Of a stretch of 64,000 nucleotides of DNA, positions 40,307-51,745 are shown in pieces. The position numbers were made by a program, and so were the translations under genes. Positions within the stretch are counted from its first letter, which is position 1, and each line of letters starts with the position of its first letter. The stretch lies in the NCBI GenBank assembly GCA_963674595.2, contig CAXXFV010000027.1, positions 96,001 through 160,000 on the forward strand. Reading direction: 5' to 3'. Source of the stretch: a bacterium (GTDB taxonomy: Bacteria > Zhuqueibacterota > Zhuqueibacteria > Residuimicrobiales > Krinioviventaceae). The notes below the pieces were generated by a model. That model saw nothing but the letters and a program-made list of their open reading frames with translations. It was not told the origin of the DNA and made no database searches.

Positions 40307-42673
40307 TTATTCTGATTCTTTACCGAACGGTTTGGTTAACAATATCAGTGCCGGTGTCATCAGATAGTCAATCAGAAGCGCGGCAAAAAGTCCTACGGAG
40401 GCTAAAAAACCGATTCGCGCAAGATTTGCCACATTTGAAAACATGTACATAGCAAAGGTTGCTGCAAGCACAATGGTTGTCATTGCCAACGTTTTTCCGA
40501 CTGTATTAAACGACCGGAGAATGGCTTGCTCATATTGACCGTGTAACTCAAACTCATATTTGATATGATTTATAAAGTGGATTGTATCATCTACAGCGAT
40601 TCCCAACAGCATGGGCATAATAGTCATCGTCATCATATCAAGGGGCGATTTGCAATAGCCCATGTATCCACCAAGTACAATCAATGGAGAAAGATTTGGG
40701 ATCATACCGATCAAACCGGTCTTGATACTTCCGAAAACCAGGATTAATAATACACCAATCACCACAAGAGCCGTTAAGATGGAGGTTAGTTCACCGGTAA
40801 CAATTTTTTTGTTTAATTCAGCAAACTGGGCTGCACTACCCACGATACTCACCTCAGAGCCCGGGAACCATTCCTCACTTAGACGTTGAATGGTTTGTAT
40901 TTCCCGCACAAATTCGTTAGCGTCGAATCGACTGACCCGTACCTGGGCACGCAACATGGAATAGTCTTCGTTTATCCAGCGAAATGTTTTTGTGCCCCCG
41001 GAAATTTCATACAAGAACAAAAGCTGGGCAACAAGTTCTCGGCTGTCCGGGACTTTATAATAAGCGGCACTATCATTGTGAAGGGTTTGGTTCATATCTT
41101 TTACAATATCCAAAACAGAAAATACCGTGGATGCTGTTTCATTTTTTTTGGTCAATTCAAAATTGCCTACAGTGTCCAACAGTGCATCAAAATGTTTCAT
41201 AACCACCGGGTCTTTAATTTTATCAGCTTCATCATAAGAAATTGTCAAGTTATAAGTCATATAAGAACCGAGCTGTGAATTTGCAATATGATACAACCGC
41301 TGGACGTAGGGAATTTTAAGTCCCATAAACCGAAAGGCATCCATATTGACATCTATTTTGAACGCACCGGGAATAAAAGCAAGAAGACAAACCGAAGTTG
41401 TTATTAGAATGATTCGTTTGCGTCTTAATACAAAGACACCAATTTTACCTATTATACGGTCAAAAAAGAGAATCCCTGACTCTTTCGCCTTATTGACACT
41501 TTTATCCTTTCCAAAACTCATCAGCACAGGCGTCAGAACAATAACAAATATATAATCGGCAAACACCACGGCTGCACAGGTAAATCCCAGCCATTGAATA
41601 GTCAAAATACCTGCTGTGGCAAAGGACATAACAGAACCCATGGTTGTTATAGCAGTAAATAATATGGGCCATCCTGTTTCTTCCACAGCAGCAACCATCG
41701 ATTCTTTACGTTTTCCGGTGGCTCTAAAAAATCGTTTAAATGCGTTAACCAAATGAATAGAATAGCCTACAGACAAGGCCATACCGAGAAGAATGGGCAG
41801 GGTCATCATATTGGCGTCCACACCCACGCCTATCCAGCCCATAATGCCAAAAACCACCACAATCCCCATAATGGTTGTAAACACGGGTACAAACACGCCT
41901 CTGAATGAACGGAGGAAAATTGCCAGTAAAACTATCATTAGCGCAAAACCGGATAAAACACGTGTCATAAGCTCTTTACCGAAAAAATCACGTTCTTCCG
42001 TTTCGCTGTAGGGCATGCCGGCAGCCTTGATGGTATAAAATTCGCTTTTCCATTTCGGATTCGTTATAATGGGAATGGCGGCTTCACCGACCTGAAACAT
42101 GGGATCAAGGTCCGTCTCTTTTTTCCATTCTTCCGGTTCGGGATATTCCAAAAGATCAAGAGAAAGCCAGGTTTCCTTACAATCCGCAGACACTAATTTG
42201 TCAGCAATTGATTTGCGGGAGAGGACGAGCTTTCGTATCTCCTCAATTTTTGCCGGATCATCGGGAATACCGTCTTCGAATGGATTGATGATCTCTATAC
42301 CCTCTTCCGTCCCCACAGAGACTTCCAGTTCCATCAGGGAAGTTACTTCATCCGCATAGGGGACCTTGGCAAGAAGTTCATCTCCCAACGCCTTTATAGC
42401 TTCAAGTACCTCCGGATGAAAGACATCCTCAGCTTCAAAGAGAATGCCGATATTATCGTTATTACCAAACTGATCTTCAAATGCTTCAGTGGCAATTTCA
42501 ATAGCCTCCTTGTCGTCGAACCAACTGTCACGGTCATTTTTAACCGCAATTTTATCAAGACCGGTTATCCCAAAATAAGTCAGGATAAGCGCAAATAACA
42601 TAAACATCCAGCGATACCGGATTTGAAATATACCCATTCTTTTAAAGAATTGATTAATTTGTTGTATTTTCAT
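40307..42673 (-). CDS. MMPL/RND-family transporter
   Basis: Two repeats; GMALSVGYSIH; GIAVDDTIH; about 12 TM. Confidence 0.9.
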   Translation of the reverse strand: MKIQQINQFFKRMGIFQIRYRWMFMLFALILTYFGITGLDKIAVKNDRDSWFDDKEAIEIATEAFEDQFGNNDNIGILFEAEDVFHPEVLEAIKALGDELLAKVPYADEVTSLMELEVSVGTEEGIEIINPFEDGIPDDPAKIEEIRKLVLSRKSIADKLVSADCKETWLSLDLLEYPEPEEWKKETDLDPMFQVGEAAIPIITNPKWKSEFYTIKAAGMPYSETEERDFFGKELMTRVLSGFALMIVLLAIFLRSFRGVFVPVFTTIMGIVVVFGIMGWIGVGVDANMMTLPILLGMALSVGYSIHLVNAFKRFFRATGKRKESMVAAVEETGWPILFTAITTMGSVMSFATAGILTIQWLGFTCAAVVFADYIFVIVLTPVLMSFGKDKSVNKAKESGILFFDRIIGKIGVFVLRRKRIILITTSVCLLAFIPGAFKIDVNMDAFRFMGLKIPYVQRLYHIANSQLGSYMTYNLTISYDEADKIKDPVVMKHFDALLDTVGNFELTKKNETASTVFSVLDIVKDMNQTLHNDSAAYYKVPDSRELVAQLLFLYEISGGTKTFRWINEDYSMLRAQVRVSRFDANEFVREIQTIQRLSEEWFPGSEVSIVGSAAQFAELNKKIVTGELTSILTALVVIGVLLILVFGSIKTGLIGMIPNLSPLIVLGGYMGYCKSPLDMMTMTIMPMLLGIAVDDTIHFINHIKYEFELHGQYEQAILRSFNTVGKTLAMTTIVLAATFAMYMFSNVANLARIGFLASVGLFAALLIDYLMTPALILLTKPFGKESE

Positions 42674-42687
42674 AGATTACTCCTCTT

Positions 42688-43281
42688 TTACAGGTATCGG
42701 TTCACTTTATCGGAATATACTTTCCACCTGGAACCGAATCTTTTTTCCAGGAAAGACTCTTCCTTTAGCACAATTTGATGATGAACAATAAATGCAAATA
42801 TTGAAAAAATCCACACAACAGGATTAAGGACATAAAAACACGCGCTCAACATTAAAAAATAAAATCCCACATACATGGGATTTCTGCTAATGCGATAGAG
42901 ACCGGTTACTTTTAATGTCGCCCTTTTTTCCTCATCTCGTGATGGAATACCAAACTTTAAATTATGGCCAAGCTCAAAATAAGCGCCAAGCTGCAAAATG
43001 GTGCCCGATATTAAAAAAACAATAGACAGAGCGATGGCCGCACCTGATCTGTCCCAGAGTGATAATTGCACAAGACCGGCACCCTCCACAAACAAACTCA
43101 CCCAGGTCAACATCATGCATGCTTTAGCAAATTTAAACAGTACTTTGTTAATAGGAGGTACACCGCTCATTGACCAATGATTCTTTTTTAAATAAATACC
43201 AAATCCCGCCGCTTGTATCCACATAACCACAAAACAGACAATGATGATGATTTGATCTAATTCCAATTTTATTCCTTTCAA
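42688..43281 (-). CDS. ICMT/PEMT-family membrane methyltransferase
   Basis: TGLYRISRNPMYVG; EESFLEKRFG..Y..V.RY. Confidence 0.88.
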   Translation of the reverse strand: MKGIKLELDQIIIIVCFVVMWIQAAGFGIYLKKNHWSMSGVPPINKVLFKFAKACMMLTWVSLFVEGAGLVQLSLWDRSGAAIALSIVFLISGTILQLGAYFELGHNLKFGIPSRDEEKRATLKVTGLYRISRNPMYVGFYFLMLSACFYVLNPVVWIFSIFAFIVHHQIVLKEESFLEKRFGSRWKVYSDKVNRYL

Positions 43282-43289
43282 ATTGTCTC

Positions 43290-43934
43290 TTAAATTTTTT
43301 GCACCATACAGGCCCTGAAACGAATCTCATTATTTGCATGTATTCCCATAAAATCAGCACTTTTAATTAAATGAAATGAACACTCATCAAGTAATATTTG
43401 AATTTCGGATTCATTATATCGATAAACAGTAACCGATTTGCCGGGTATCTGCCGGTCCTCTATGATTATTTCTTTTCCTTCTTTTTCCTTATAATCCATT
43501 ACACAAAAAACAAAAAGACCTTTGCTTTTTAAAATTCGGTTAACCTCTTTAAAGATTAACGATAAATCGCTAAATAGATGAAAAACCCCCGTACTAACGA
43601 CATGATCTATAGAATTGTCGTCATAAGGATAGGGCGTAACAATCAAATTATGGTATTTTAACCTTTTAGCAATTTCCTTTTCAGCGCATATCTTGAGCAT
43701 TCTCTTCGAGTAATCCATTCCATAGACAAAAAGTCCGGCCTTGTGAAAAAGAACTGAGGAAAGGCCGGTACCAATACCAATATCGAGGATGGTCTCCCCG
43801 GGTTTGATCCAGGCGTAAGAGAGTCCAAAAACAACTTCAGGCGCAACCCAATTGGATTTCCGGGCTTTTTCGTCATAGTTCTCTGCGTGGTTCTGAGAAT
43901 CAAATATGTGTTTTATTTTGTCTTTATCTTTCAT
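43290..43934 (-). CDS. Class I SAM-dependent methyltransferase
   Basis: ILDIGIGTGLS; GMDYS; RILKSKGLF. Confidence 0.88.
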   Translation of the reverse strand: MKDKDKIKHIFDSQNHAENYDEKARKSNWVAPEVVFGLSYAWIKPGETILDIGIGTGLSSVLFHKAGLFVYGMDYSKRMLKICAEKEIAKRLKYHNLIVTPYPYDDNSIDHVVSTGVFHLFSDLSLIFKEVNRILKSKGLFVFCVMDYKEKEGKEIIIEDRQIPGKSVTVYRYNESEIQILLDECSFHLIKSADFMGIHANNEIRFRACMVQKI

Positions 43935-43951
43935 ATACTTTTTTTGTCCCA

Positions 43952-44770
43952 TTATTTTTCCATGTTTATATAAACCATATGACACACACCCAAAATATCA
44001 GAAAAGGCCAAACCCAGCTTTTGAGACAGAGAAAGTCCTTTTTTCATTCCTTTATACATGGGCTTTGCCTCAACGATCTTAATTCTGTCATCCCATTTTT
44101 CAAGAGATTTTATACGCTTGAGTCCCCAACCGGCCAGTTCTATATTCACTCCACCTTTTTTTAATACCTGTTTATTGCCGATTTTAATGCCCATAGGTGA
44201 AAGAGAGTCAAAGTAAAAATCACATTGCCCGAAATGGTCAGCCATTGAAATGAAAAAGTCTTTTATCTGCTTTTCTTCGGAATAGTAAAGCACACCTCCG
44301 GCAATACACAGCAATCCTTTGGGATTTTTTATTTCATCATACCATTTCTTTTCCAGAAATGAACAAGCAATACACTTGTGCCTCTCGGTATCCTGATTAA
44401 AAGACTGTCTCAACGCAATTACTTTAGGGAAATCCAGTTCATAAAACATAATTTTTCCATTGTCGATGCGATCAAAAGTCGTGTCCAATCCACAACCGAT
44501 GTTGATAATGGTCGCCTCAGGATATCTTTTAATAAACATTGCAACCGTTTTATCAATATGAAGACTACGCGCTATCCATCCCGCTCTTGACATCTCGTTG
44601 ATATTGTTTGTCATGGTTGAAAAATCATAGTCAAGCATATCGATAATTTCAACCGCCTTTTTGTCAATCAATCGGGGTTTTTCTTTTTGTGTTTCAACTG
44701 CTCTGCCCCATAAAGGCAGTAAAAGGGTTTCCTGGACATTGCCTTTTTCAATTTTTAGTTTTTGTCCCAT
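43952..44770 (-). CDS. LCM/TcmP-like O-methyltransferase
   Basis: VQETLLLPLWGRA; NIGCGLDT; ELDFPKVI; GVLYY. Confidence 0.88.
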   Translation of the reverse strand: MGQKLKIEKGNVQETLLLPLWGRAVETQKEKPRLIDKKAVEIIDMLDYDFSTMTNNINEMSRAGWIARSLHIDKTVAMFIKRYPEATIINIGCGLDTTFDRIDNGKIMFYELDFPKVIALRQSFNQDTERHKCIACSFLEKKWYDEIKNPKGLLCIAGGVLYYSEEKQIKDFFISMADHFGQCDFYFDSLSPMGIKIGNKQVLKKGGVNIELAGWGLKRIKSLEKWDDRIKIVEAKPMYKGMKKGLSLSQKLGLAFSDILGVCHMVYINMEK

Positions 44771-44788
44771 ATCTTTTTCCTCTTAATC

Positions 44789-45337
44789 TTAAAAAAACAT
44801 TAAATACCGTGGGACACTTTGCTTAAATGCCCTGTAACTTTTTCCATATTTCTCTGCACAGAACGTTTCTTCTTCCAGTATGATAAAATGCTGTAAAATC
44901 AAAATTATTATTAATAGTACGGCTATGGTCACAGAAAGGCACATAAAAGCCATACCAAAACCCATAATAGACACCGAAACGTATATTGGATTTCGTGAAA
45001 ATTTATACATTCCCTTGCAAATAGTCTGGTCAACAGGTGTTGAGAAATAATTTATAAAACTTGTAATAGCAGCTATTCCTGACAAAATAAAAAGTCCCAA
45101 TCCTATATAGAAAAAAATTGTACCATCTTGAATTTTAAGAAACACAGGATACGCAAGCATGAAGAAATAAAGAATCATAATTATAAATGAATTAATTCTC
45201 CCCATAGTGCTTGCAAAAGAAAAATCAACCAGGCGTTTTACGGCCTTGCCGCCAAAAAACATAGGCACGTATGATACCGCCAGATAAATTAAACTTAAAA
45301 TCCAACCGTTTCCGAATTCAAAATTAAACACTCTCAT
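44789..45337 (-). CDS. ICMT/PEMT-family membrane methyltransferase
   Basis: KGMYKFSRNPIYV; EETFCAEKYG..Y...VPRY. Confidence 0.85.
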   Translation of the reverse strand: MRVFNFEFGNGWILSLIYLAVSYVPMFFGGKAVKRLVDFSFASTMGRINSFIIMILYFFMLAYPVFLKIQDGTIFFYIGLGLFILSGIAAITSFINYFSTPVDQTICKGMYKFSRNPIYVSVSIMGFGMAFMCLSVTIAVLLIIILILQHFIILEEETFCAEKYGKSYRAFKQSVPRYLMFF

Positions 45338-45397
45338 TATGACTCCTGCCTCTTAACAAAGCATTTCATATAACCTATTATCTAAAACTTTTCTAAT

Positions 45398-47137
45398 TTA
45401 GTTCAAGACCGGCTTCATTTGTCGTTCGACCATTTTTGAAAAAATGCCATTTTTAATTTTTAATTCATCGGGCGAACCGGTTTCCGCCACACGTCCGTTT
45501 TTCAGCACCACAATTTTGTCGGCGTTGGCTACGGTGCGCATACGGTGCGCAATGATGAGCACAGTTTTATCCCTGACCAATTCCGAAATACCGGCTTGAA
45601 TTTTGGTTTCGTTTTCCACATCAAGTGACGCCGTAGCTTCATCCAGCAGCACAATAGGCGCATTCTTTAGCAAGGCGCGGGCTATGGAAATGCGTTGGCG
45701 TTCACCACCTGACAGGGTTTCTCCATTTTCACCAATAATGGTATGATAGCCGTCCGGCATTTTGCCGACAAACTCGTCGCACAGTGCCAGCTTAGCAACA
45801 CGAATCACTTCTTCATCAGTCGCATCGCGCTTGCCCACACGAATATTGTCCATAACAGACGCATTGAACAGCACCACATCCTGAAATACGACCGAATAGT
45901 TTTTTAACAGTGTTTCCGGCTCTATTTTGCTGATATCCTGACCGCCCAAAGTAATTTCCCCATTATCAATATCCCAGAAACGGGCGGCCAACTTGGCTGA
46001 TGTGCTTTTACCACCACCTGAAGGACCAACCAAGGCGGTGATCTCGCCCTGTTTTGCAGTAAAGGAAACGTCTAGCAACACCTGTTTTCCCTCTTCATAA
46101 GAAAAATCTACATTGCTGAATTGAATATCGTAATGGTTTGGCCTGAAATCAGTTTTTCCCTGTTGGATAGGCATGGCCTGCATCTCATTCATACGATTGA
46201 TACGGACATTAAGATATAATAATGCCGCCAAATTATTAAAAACCTCATTGACAGGATTATAAATACTGGCTGATATCATTAAAAAGATAAAATATGTAAA
46301 TAAACTGACACTGCCTGTAGTGACCATGTTTGCCCCGACAACGATGACACCGGCCAGTCCCAGCTTTAAAAAACTTTGAGAAGAGTTAACCAACATTCCA
46401 GTGAATAACTCACCGCGTATCAGTTGTCTTTCGTATTGATCAACTGTCTTGTCTAGTTCCTGGATGTAGGAATCTTCCTGACTATAAGATTTGATTTCCT
46501 GAACCGTCTCCAGTCCTTCCTGAATTTTTTCACTTACATCACGTTTTGTCTGGTAGCCAAAACGATTTTCTTTATCAATCCGTCTTTTTGAAATAAACAA
46601 TATCCCTGCGGCCAAGGGTACAACCCAAAATAAAGCCAAGGACAGTTGCCAATTAAAGAAGAACAAACCGATAGCAATCAAAATGATACTGATGACTGAC
46701 GCAAACAATTGCGGTACGGCATGAGAAAAAGTATGCTCCAAATCGGTATTGTCGTTCATAATGGTTGAAGTAAGGTCTGAAAGGTTCTTTTCACCAAAAA
46801 AAGCCAACGGCAGTTTCCGGAGTTTTTCCGCCAGGGAGATACGTCGGTTGGCACTTTCCTCATAAATCGTTGTAAACGTACTGTTGTATTGAAGCATGGC
46901 AATAAGGAACATAATTACCATAAATCCCACCCCAAACAAAACATAATACAAAAAACCATGTACAACAGTGGAAGACGGGTCGATAACTTTGTTTAAATAT
47001 TCTTCAAGAAATAAAAAAATAAAAACCGCCGGAAGCATGAGTGCAACATCGAGCAAAACCGTACATAAGGTTCCTTTTAAAAAATCTTTTGCACCTTTTT
47101 CAGAAAGGGCCAAACGACGTTGTATCATTTTAAGCAT
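45398..47137 (-). CDS. ABC transporter ATP-binding/permease (IrtB/YbtQ-like)
   Basis: RISLAEKLRKLPL; GPSGGGKS; LSGGERQR; LLDEATASLD; AHR. Confidence 0.92.
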   Translation of the reverse strand: MLKMIQRRLALSEKGAKDFLKGTLCTVLLDVALMLPAVFIFLFLEEYLNKVIDPSSTVVHGFLYYVLFGVGFMVIMFLIAMLQYNSTFTTIYEESANRRISLAEKLRKLPLAFFGEKNLSDLTSTIMNDNTDLEHTFSHAVPQLFASVISIILIAIGLFFFNWQLSLALFWVVPLAAGILFISKRRIDKENRFGYQTKRDVSEKIQEGLETVQEIKSYSQEDSYIQELDKTVDQYERQLIRGELFTGMLVNSSQSFLKLGLAGVIVVGANMVTTGSVSLFTYFIFLMISASIYNPVNEVFNNLAALLYLNVRINRMNEMQAMPIQQGKTDFRPNHYDIQFSNVDFSYEEGKQVLLDVSFTAKQGEITALVGPSGGGKSTSAKLAARFWDIDNGEITLGGQDISKIEPETLLKNYSVVFQDVVLFNASVMDNIRVGKRDATDEEVIRVAKLALCDEFVGKMPDGYHTIIGENGETLSGGERQRISIARALLKNAPIVLLDEATASLDVENETKIQAGISELVRDKTVLIIAHRMRTVANADKIVVLKNGRVAETGSPDELKIKNGIFSKMVERQMKPVLN

Positions 47138-48902
47138 GGCACACCTCTTTTCCGATGGTCCATTTAACCGACTGTTGATATTCATTCCACATTTTTGTAT
47201 AAATTCCATTTTGCGTTAATAATTGTTTGTGATTTCCCTGTTCAGCTATCTTTCCTTCCTGAATGACCAGGATCTTATGCGCCTCTAAAACACTTGTCAG
47301 CCGGTGGGCAATCATTAAAACCGTTTTACCTTTGGTCAGTTTTTTAAGAGCTTTTTGAATGAGATGCTCATTTTCAGGATCGGTAAACGCAGTGGCTTCA
47401 TCCAATACGATAATCGGAGCATTTTTCAAAATCGCCCGCGCCAATATAATTCGCTGCTGCTCACCTCCGGAAAGATAGGTCCCTTCTGTTCCAATTTTCG
47501 TATTCAGCCCATTAGGAAGCCGGTCAATTATTTCTCGACATTGGGCCAAATCAACGGCACGCTCCACTTGTTCCATGGCGGCGGTATGGTTTCCATAAGT
47601 GATGTTTTCCAAAAGAGTTTTTTTAAACAAACGGGTGTTTTGGAAGACAAAAGAAATGTGGTCCATTAAATCCCTGGGATTAATATCCTTTACATTAATC
47701 CCTCCGATAGAGACCTGTCCTTCGTCGGCATCCCAAAAACGTGGAACAAGCCGGGCAATGGTTGTTTTTCCGCCTCCGGATGCGCCTACCAGGGCAACTG
47801 ATCGGCCTTGCTCAATTTCAAAGCTTACATTGTCCACTGCCTTTTTAATTGTTTCGGGATAACTAAATGAAACATTCTTAAAACAAATATTATGACCGTT
47901 TATAGTATATGGTTTTTCCGGAACAGGTAGCTGACCTACCGACGTCAGATTTTCCAAACGATCGATGGCTTCTTTTGCCTGACCAAGTGCCTGGCTCAGA
48001 TACATGCTTTTCATAATACTTGAAGAAAAAACAGGGGCAATCAAAACATAAAGAAACATATTGAGAACAACTTTAGCATATTCTCCGGTATTACCAATTA
48101 GTAAAATGGCAACCGGAACAAGAAAGAATGAAAATCCGTTAATGATCACGGTATATGCAGACATGGGAATTCTCCACATTTTTGTGTATGAAAAAACCAT
48201 GTCCTTATATTTTATAATGCTGTTGTGGAAATTTTTAAATGAAAAAACAGTTTGTTGAAACACTTTAACCACCGGTATGCCGCGTACGTATTCAACAGCC
48301 TCGGAGTTCATTTCTTCGAGTGAGTCCATATAGCATTGCATAAAATAACGCCCCCTTTTTCCCATCATAAATCCCATAATAAACATTGACAGAACAACAG
48401 GGAAAACACAAGCAAGACCAAGCCTCCAGTCAAAAACAAATATCAGCACAAGGGCGGTAATCGGCATGACAAAGGTGCCTGCAAGGTCAGGCATTTGGTG
48501 GGCCAAAAAAGAATGTGTGATACCGGCATTGTCATCAATTATTTTTCGGATGCGGCCGATAGTGTTATTATCAAAAAATCCTAACGGCATATTAACAATT
48601 TTTTGCATCGCATAGCGGCGCATATTACATTCAACCCTGAACGCAGCGAGGTGTGATATAGACAAAGCCAAAAAATATATACCGATACTTGCAACAGCCA
48701 ACCCGGCTGCCCACAAGGCATAACTAAAAATCAAACCGGACGAGGAAACACTCCCCGCTGTTATAAATTCACGAATAATGAACCATATTAAAATATATGG
48801 GATCATTGCTGTCAAGGCACTGAGCGCTGACAACACCAGTGATGCCGGAAGCAAAGCTTTTCTGCCTTTCATGTATTTTTGCAATTTCAATAGTGTGTTC
48901 AT
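47130..48902 (-). CDS. ABC transporter ATP-binding/permease (IrtA/YbtP-like)
   Basis: SHLAAFRV; FLAHQMPD; EAVEYVRGIPVVKVF; GASGGGKT; LSGGEQQR. Confidence 0.92.
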   Translation of the reverse strand: MNTLLKLQKYMKGRKALLPASLVLSALSALTAMIPYILIWFIIREFITAGSVSSSGLIFSYALWAAGLAVASIGIYFLALSISHLAAFRVECNMRRYAMQKIVNMPLGFFDNNTIGRIRKIIDDNAGITHSFLAHQMPDLAGTFVMPITALVLIFVFDWRLGLACVFPVVLSMFIMGFMMGKRGRYFMQCYMDSLEEMNSEAVEYVRGIPVVKVFQQTVFSFKNFHNSIIKYKDMVFSYTKMWRIPMSAYTVIINGFSFFLVPVAILLIGNTGEYAKVVLNMFLYVLIAPVFSSSIMKSMYLSQALGQAKEAIDRLENLTSVGQLPVPEKPYTINGHNICFKNVSFSYPETIKKAVDNVSFEIEQGRSVALVGASGGGKTTIARLVPRFWDADEGQVSIGGINVKDINPRDLMDHISFVFQNTRLFKKTLLENITYGNHTAAMEQVERAVDLAQCREIIDRLPNGLNTKIGTEGTYLSGGEQQRIILARAILKNAPIIVLDEATAFTDPENEHLIQKALKKLTKGKTVLMIAHRLTSVLEAHKILVIQEGKIAEQGNHKQLLTQNGIYTKMWNEYQQSVKWTIGKEVCHA

Positions 48903-48924
48903 CTTTGTTCCTTAATTTTCATTG

Positions 48925-49341
48925 TCATTTCCATTCGCAATCAGAGAAAGCCACTTTAGCCAGACTCGCGCGGGAGTTTTTTATATCGGATATATTTACA
49001 TCACGGGAGTCTGTGTTGCTCACCGAATGACCTTTTCGTTTCAGGTAACGGTGGCATTGTTTGATTCGACAATATCCCAGCATAATACCGAGAATAAAAT
49101 CCTGCTCATCTGTAAATGTGCTTAAAGGTTTGTTTCCAAAGCCACGGACAATATCAACGCATTCTTTCATACCGAAAAAAATATTAACCTTGTTTTCACT
49201 GACCTTTTGAATCAGATAGGCAATCTCATTGTGCTCAAGCCGTTCAACAGCTAATTCCAGGTAATCACTTGACAGCGTACATAAAACGAGATTACGCAGC
49301 CCTTTCCGATATTCATATATATGATGAAATAATATTTTCAT
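48925..49341 (-). CDS. DUF2023 family protein
   Basis: HHIYEYRKGLRNLVLCT; EQDFILGIMLGY..QCHRY. Confidence 0.85.
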   Translation of the reverse strand: MKILFHHIYEYRKGLRNLVLCTLSSDYLELAVERLEHNEIAYLIQKVSENKVNIFFGMKECVDIVRGFGNKPLSTFTDEQDFILGIMLGYCRIKQCHRYLKRKGHSVSNTDSRDVNISDIKNSRASLAKVAFSDCEWK

Positions 49342-49351
49342 ACAACGGCCT

Positions 49352-51677
49352 TTACTGTAAATGAAAAGATAAGACTGTTTTTATGTTCCGACCCATGGCC
49401 TGGATGTATGAGCCATAGGGTTGATATTCCAGATTAAACATATTACAAATTACCAATTGTAGTTTTGGTGAACCCGGTAATGAGTTGGCCTTGATGCCAC
49501 AGGCAAGATGCCACACCACATGTGAGTCGGAAGGTATGTATCCCCAAGGTCCGCCTTCACTTCCCTCTGGAACTTCGGAAACTCTATCCTGAGAAGCCGC
49601 ATATTCACATTGTATTTTCATGGAATAACCCGTGATATAATAGCGGTTGAAAAGGCCGTGATATTTTAGTTCACCGGTTAATTTAAACGGCGGCACACCA
49701 AAAAGAGGCACATTATCCCCATCCTTTGACAGATCTACGCCATAGACATGGGAGCTGCCCAAACCGACATACAAGGTATTAGCCGGATGAAGTATATTAT
49801 CAAACCGGTATGAGGCGGACAATTCTCCGCCTCTAATGACCGCATCGGTATTGGTATAGGTAAAATCCACGGATTCATGTTCAGTATCAGCCGTTTCATT
49901 GATATAATCTTGTAAACGGTTATAAAACAAGGCCAGATCATAAATAAATCGATCTTTATTCGTATGGCCCCGTAACCCAATATCTATATTAAAACTGTAT
50001 TCGGGCTGCAAATCGGGATTTCCGGCTTTGGTGCCCTTGCAACTGATCACCTCGGTAAACAACTCTTCGGCGGTAGGCATACGAAACGCCCTCCCCAAAT
50101 TTAAAGAAAACCTGTGATTGCTCTTCCAGGCATAAACCAGTCCCATATTGCCGCTTAACGCATCTCTGTCTTCATGTCGTTCCACCAGATTTTTGCCGGT
50201 TCCTTCGTCCCACAGTTGCCACATCATAACGCAGCCCCGCAATAACGCGCAGCCGGTTTGTGATGTCCAATGCGTCGTTGAAAAAACACACCCCGGTTTT
50301 TTTGTCCCGCGTTCTCATAACCTGCCACAGTTCCTTGTGTAGCATAATAATAATCGATTACGTCCGAAGGATTATCCAGCATAAAGAAATAACCATCCAA
50401 TCCTATGGTCATTGTGTTGCTTGGTCCAAATTTAAAATTAGCATAAAGTCGTGCGCCACCGTATTGATCCTTATAATGCACCAAATCAAGGGAAGTAGCT
50501 ATGCCGGAAACCGTACTGTATTTTGTTTTATAATAATCCCGTGTACCCGAATCATAATAAGCATTAAACTGAACTACAATCCACCCATGAACCGGGTGAA
50601 TAAGTATAGGAAAAATCGGAATGATTACGTTCCTCTTTATTTCGTATTTCGGTAAAAGCTTTGGTCGGGCCGTTAAAACCTCTTGGTTTTCCCCAATCTC
50701 CTTCATGATAGTCTGCATGAACCATGATTTTGTGACGGGAATTTATCTTAATACCTGTCGTAATGTCCAGATCGCGGTCCTCCACATCACTGTTTTCAGC
50801 AGAATGTCCCGTCACCATATTTAAAAGAATCGGTCTTTCGCCACTTTCCATGAATCATTATGCCATATTTTTCTTTTTGATAGCACGCGTTGGCGGTTTC
50901 GAGAAATTCATTATTATTACTTCCAAATCGGAAACCACACTCAAACGCGATCCCGGACGCCCCCAGGGTTCCTGACTGATTAAATTAATGATCCCTGATA
51001 TAGCACCGCTTCCGTATATGACAGATCCCCGGACCTTTTATAATCTCAACCTTTTGCGCACCGTAAATGTTCATATCCTGGCCAAAGTAACCGCCCGGAA
51101 AGGTCCCGATGCGCCTGTTTCCGTTTTTCATTACCAAAAGCCGTTTGGAGTTCATGCCCCGCAATAACAGAGGCGAATGGTATTCCCAAACCTGTGTAAA
51201 TCCAGGTTTAGTTGCCAGCATATCTGTCATATTGGATTGCATGTGCTCCACCAGTTGCCGGCGTTCAATAATCATCGCAGATTTGGCCAGGGTCTGAACA
51301 GGCTGTTCATAAAGTGACGCAGAAATAATTACATTTGGGAATTCCAAAACTTTGGGTTTTAAATCTACCCTCAACTTTTCTTCATTAAAAGGTTTAGTAA
51401 ATATTTTGGTCTTTTTTTGATAACCTACATGAGAAAATATCAAGTTTATTGTCCGATCATCCTGTATTTTAATCCTGAATATACCGCTTGAATCTGTTAC
51501 AGTTCCGCTGGACAAGTTTCTAACGCTTACATTGACATAGGGAATGGCATACCCGGTTTCAGAATCGCTAACACGACCGGTCACTTCAATGGCTGCTTCA
51601 GCATGATGAGGGATTAAAAGATTTATTAATCCAATCATACTGATAAGAAATATCATATATCTATCGTAAAAGTTCAT
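49352..51677 (-). CDS. TonB-dependent receptor, broken by about six single-base frameshifts
   Basis: Carboxypeptidase-like N-terminus; plug PLLLRG; VEIIKGPG/SVIYGSGAISGIINL after frame correction; RAFRMPT, NPDLQPE; GRNIKTVLSFHL end. Confidence 0.85.
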
Positions 51678-51701
51678 TCTTTATCCAATTTTTCATTCAA
51701 A

Positions 51702-51731
51702 CTGCCGGATAATTTTCTTTAATACCGGCAG
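51702..51731 (-). terminator. Intercistronic hairpin after the HmuY-like gene
   Basis: CTGCCGG...CCGGCAG inverted repeat. Confidence 0.45.
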
Positions 51732-51745
51732 CCGAATTTTTTGTG

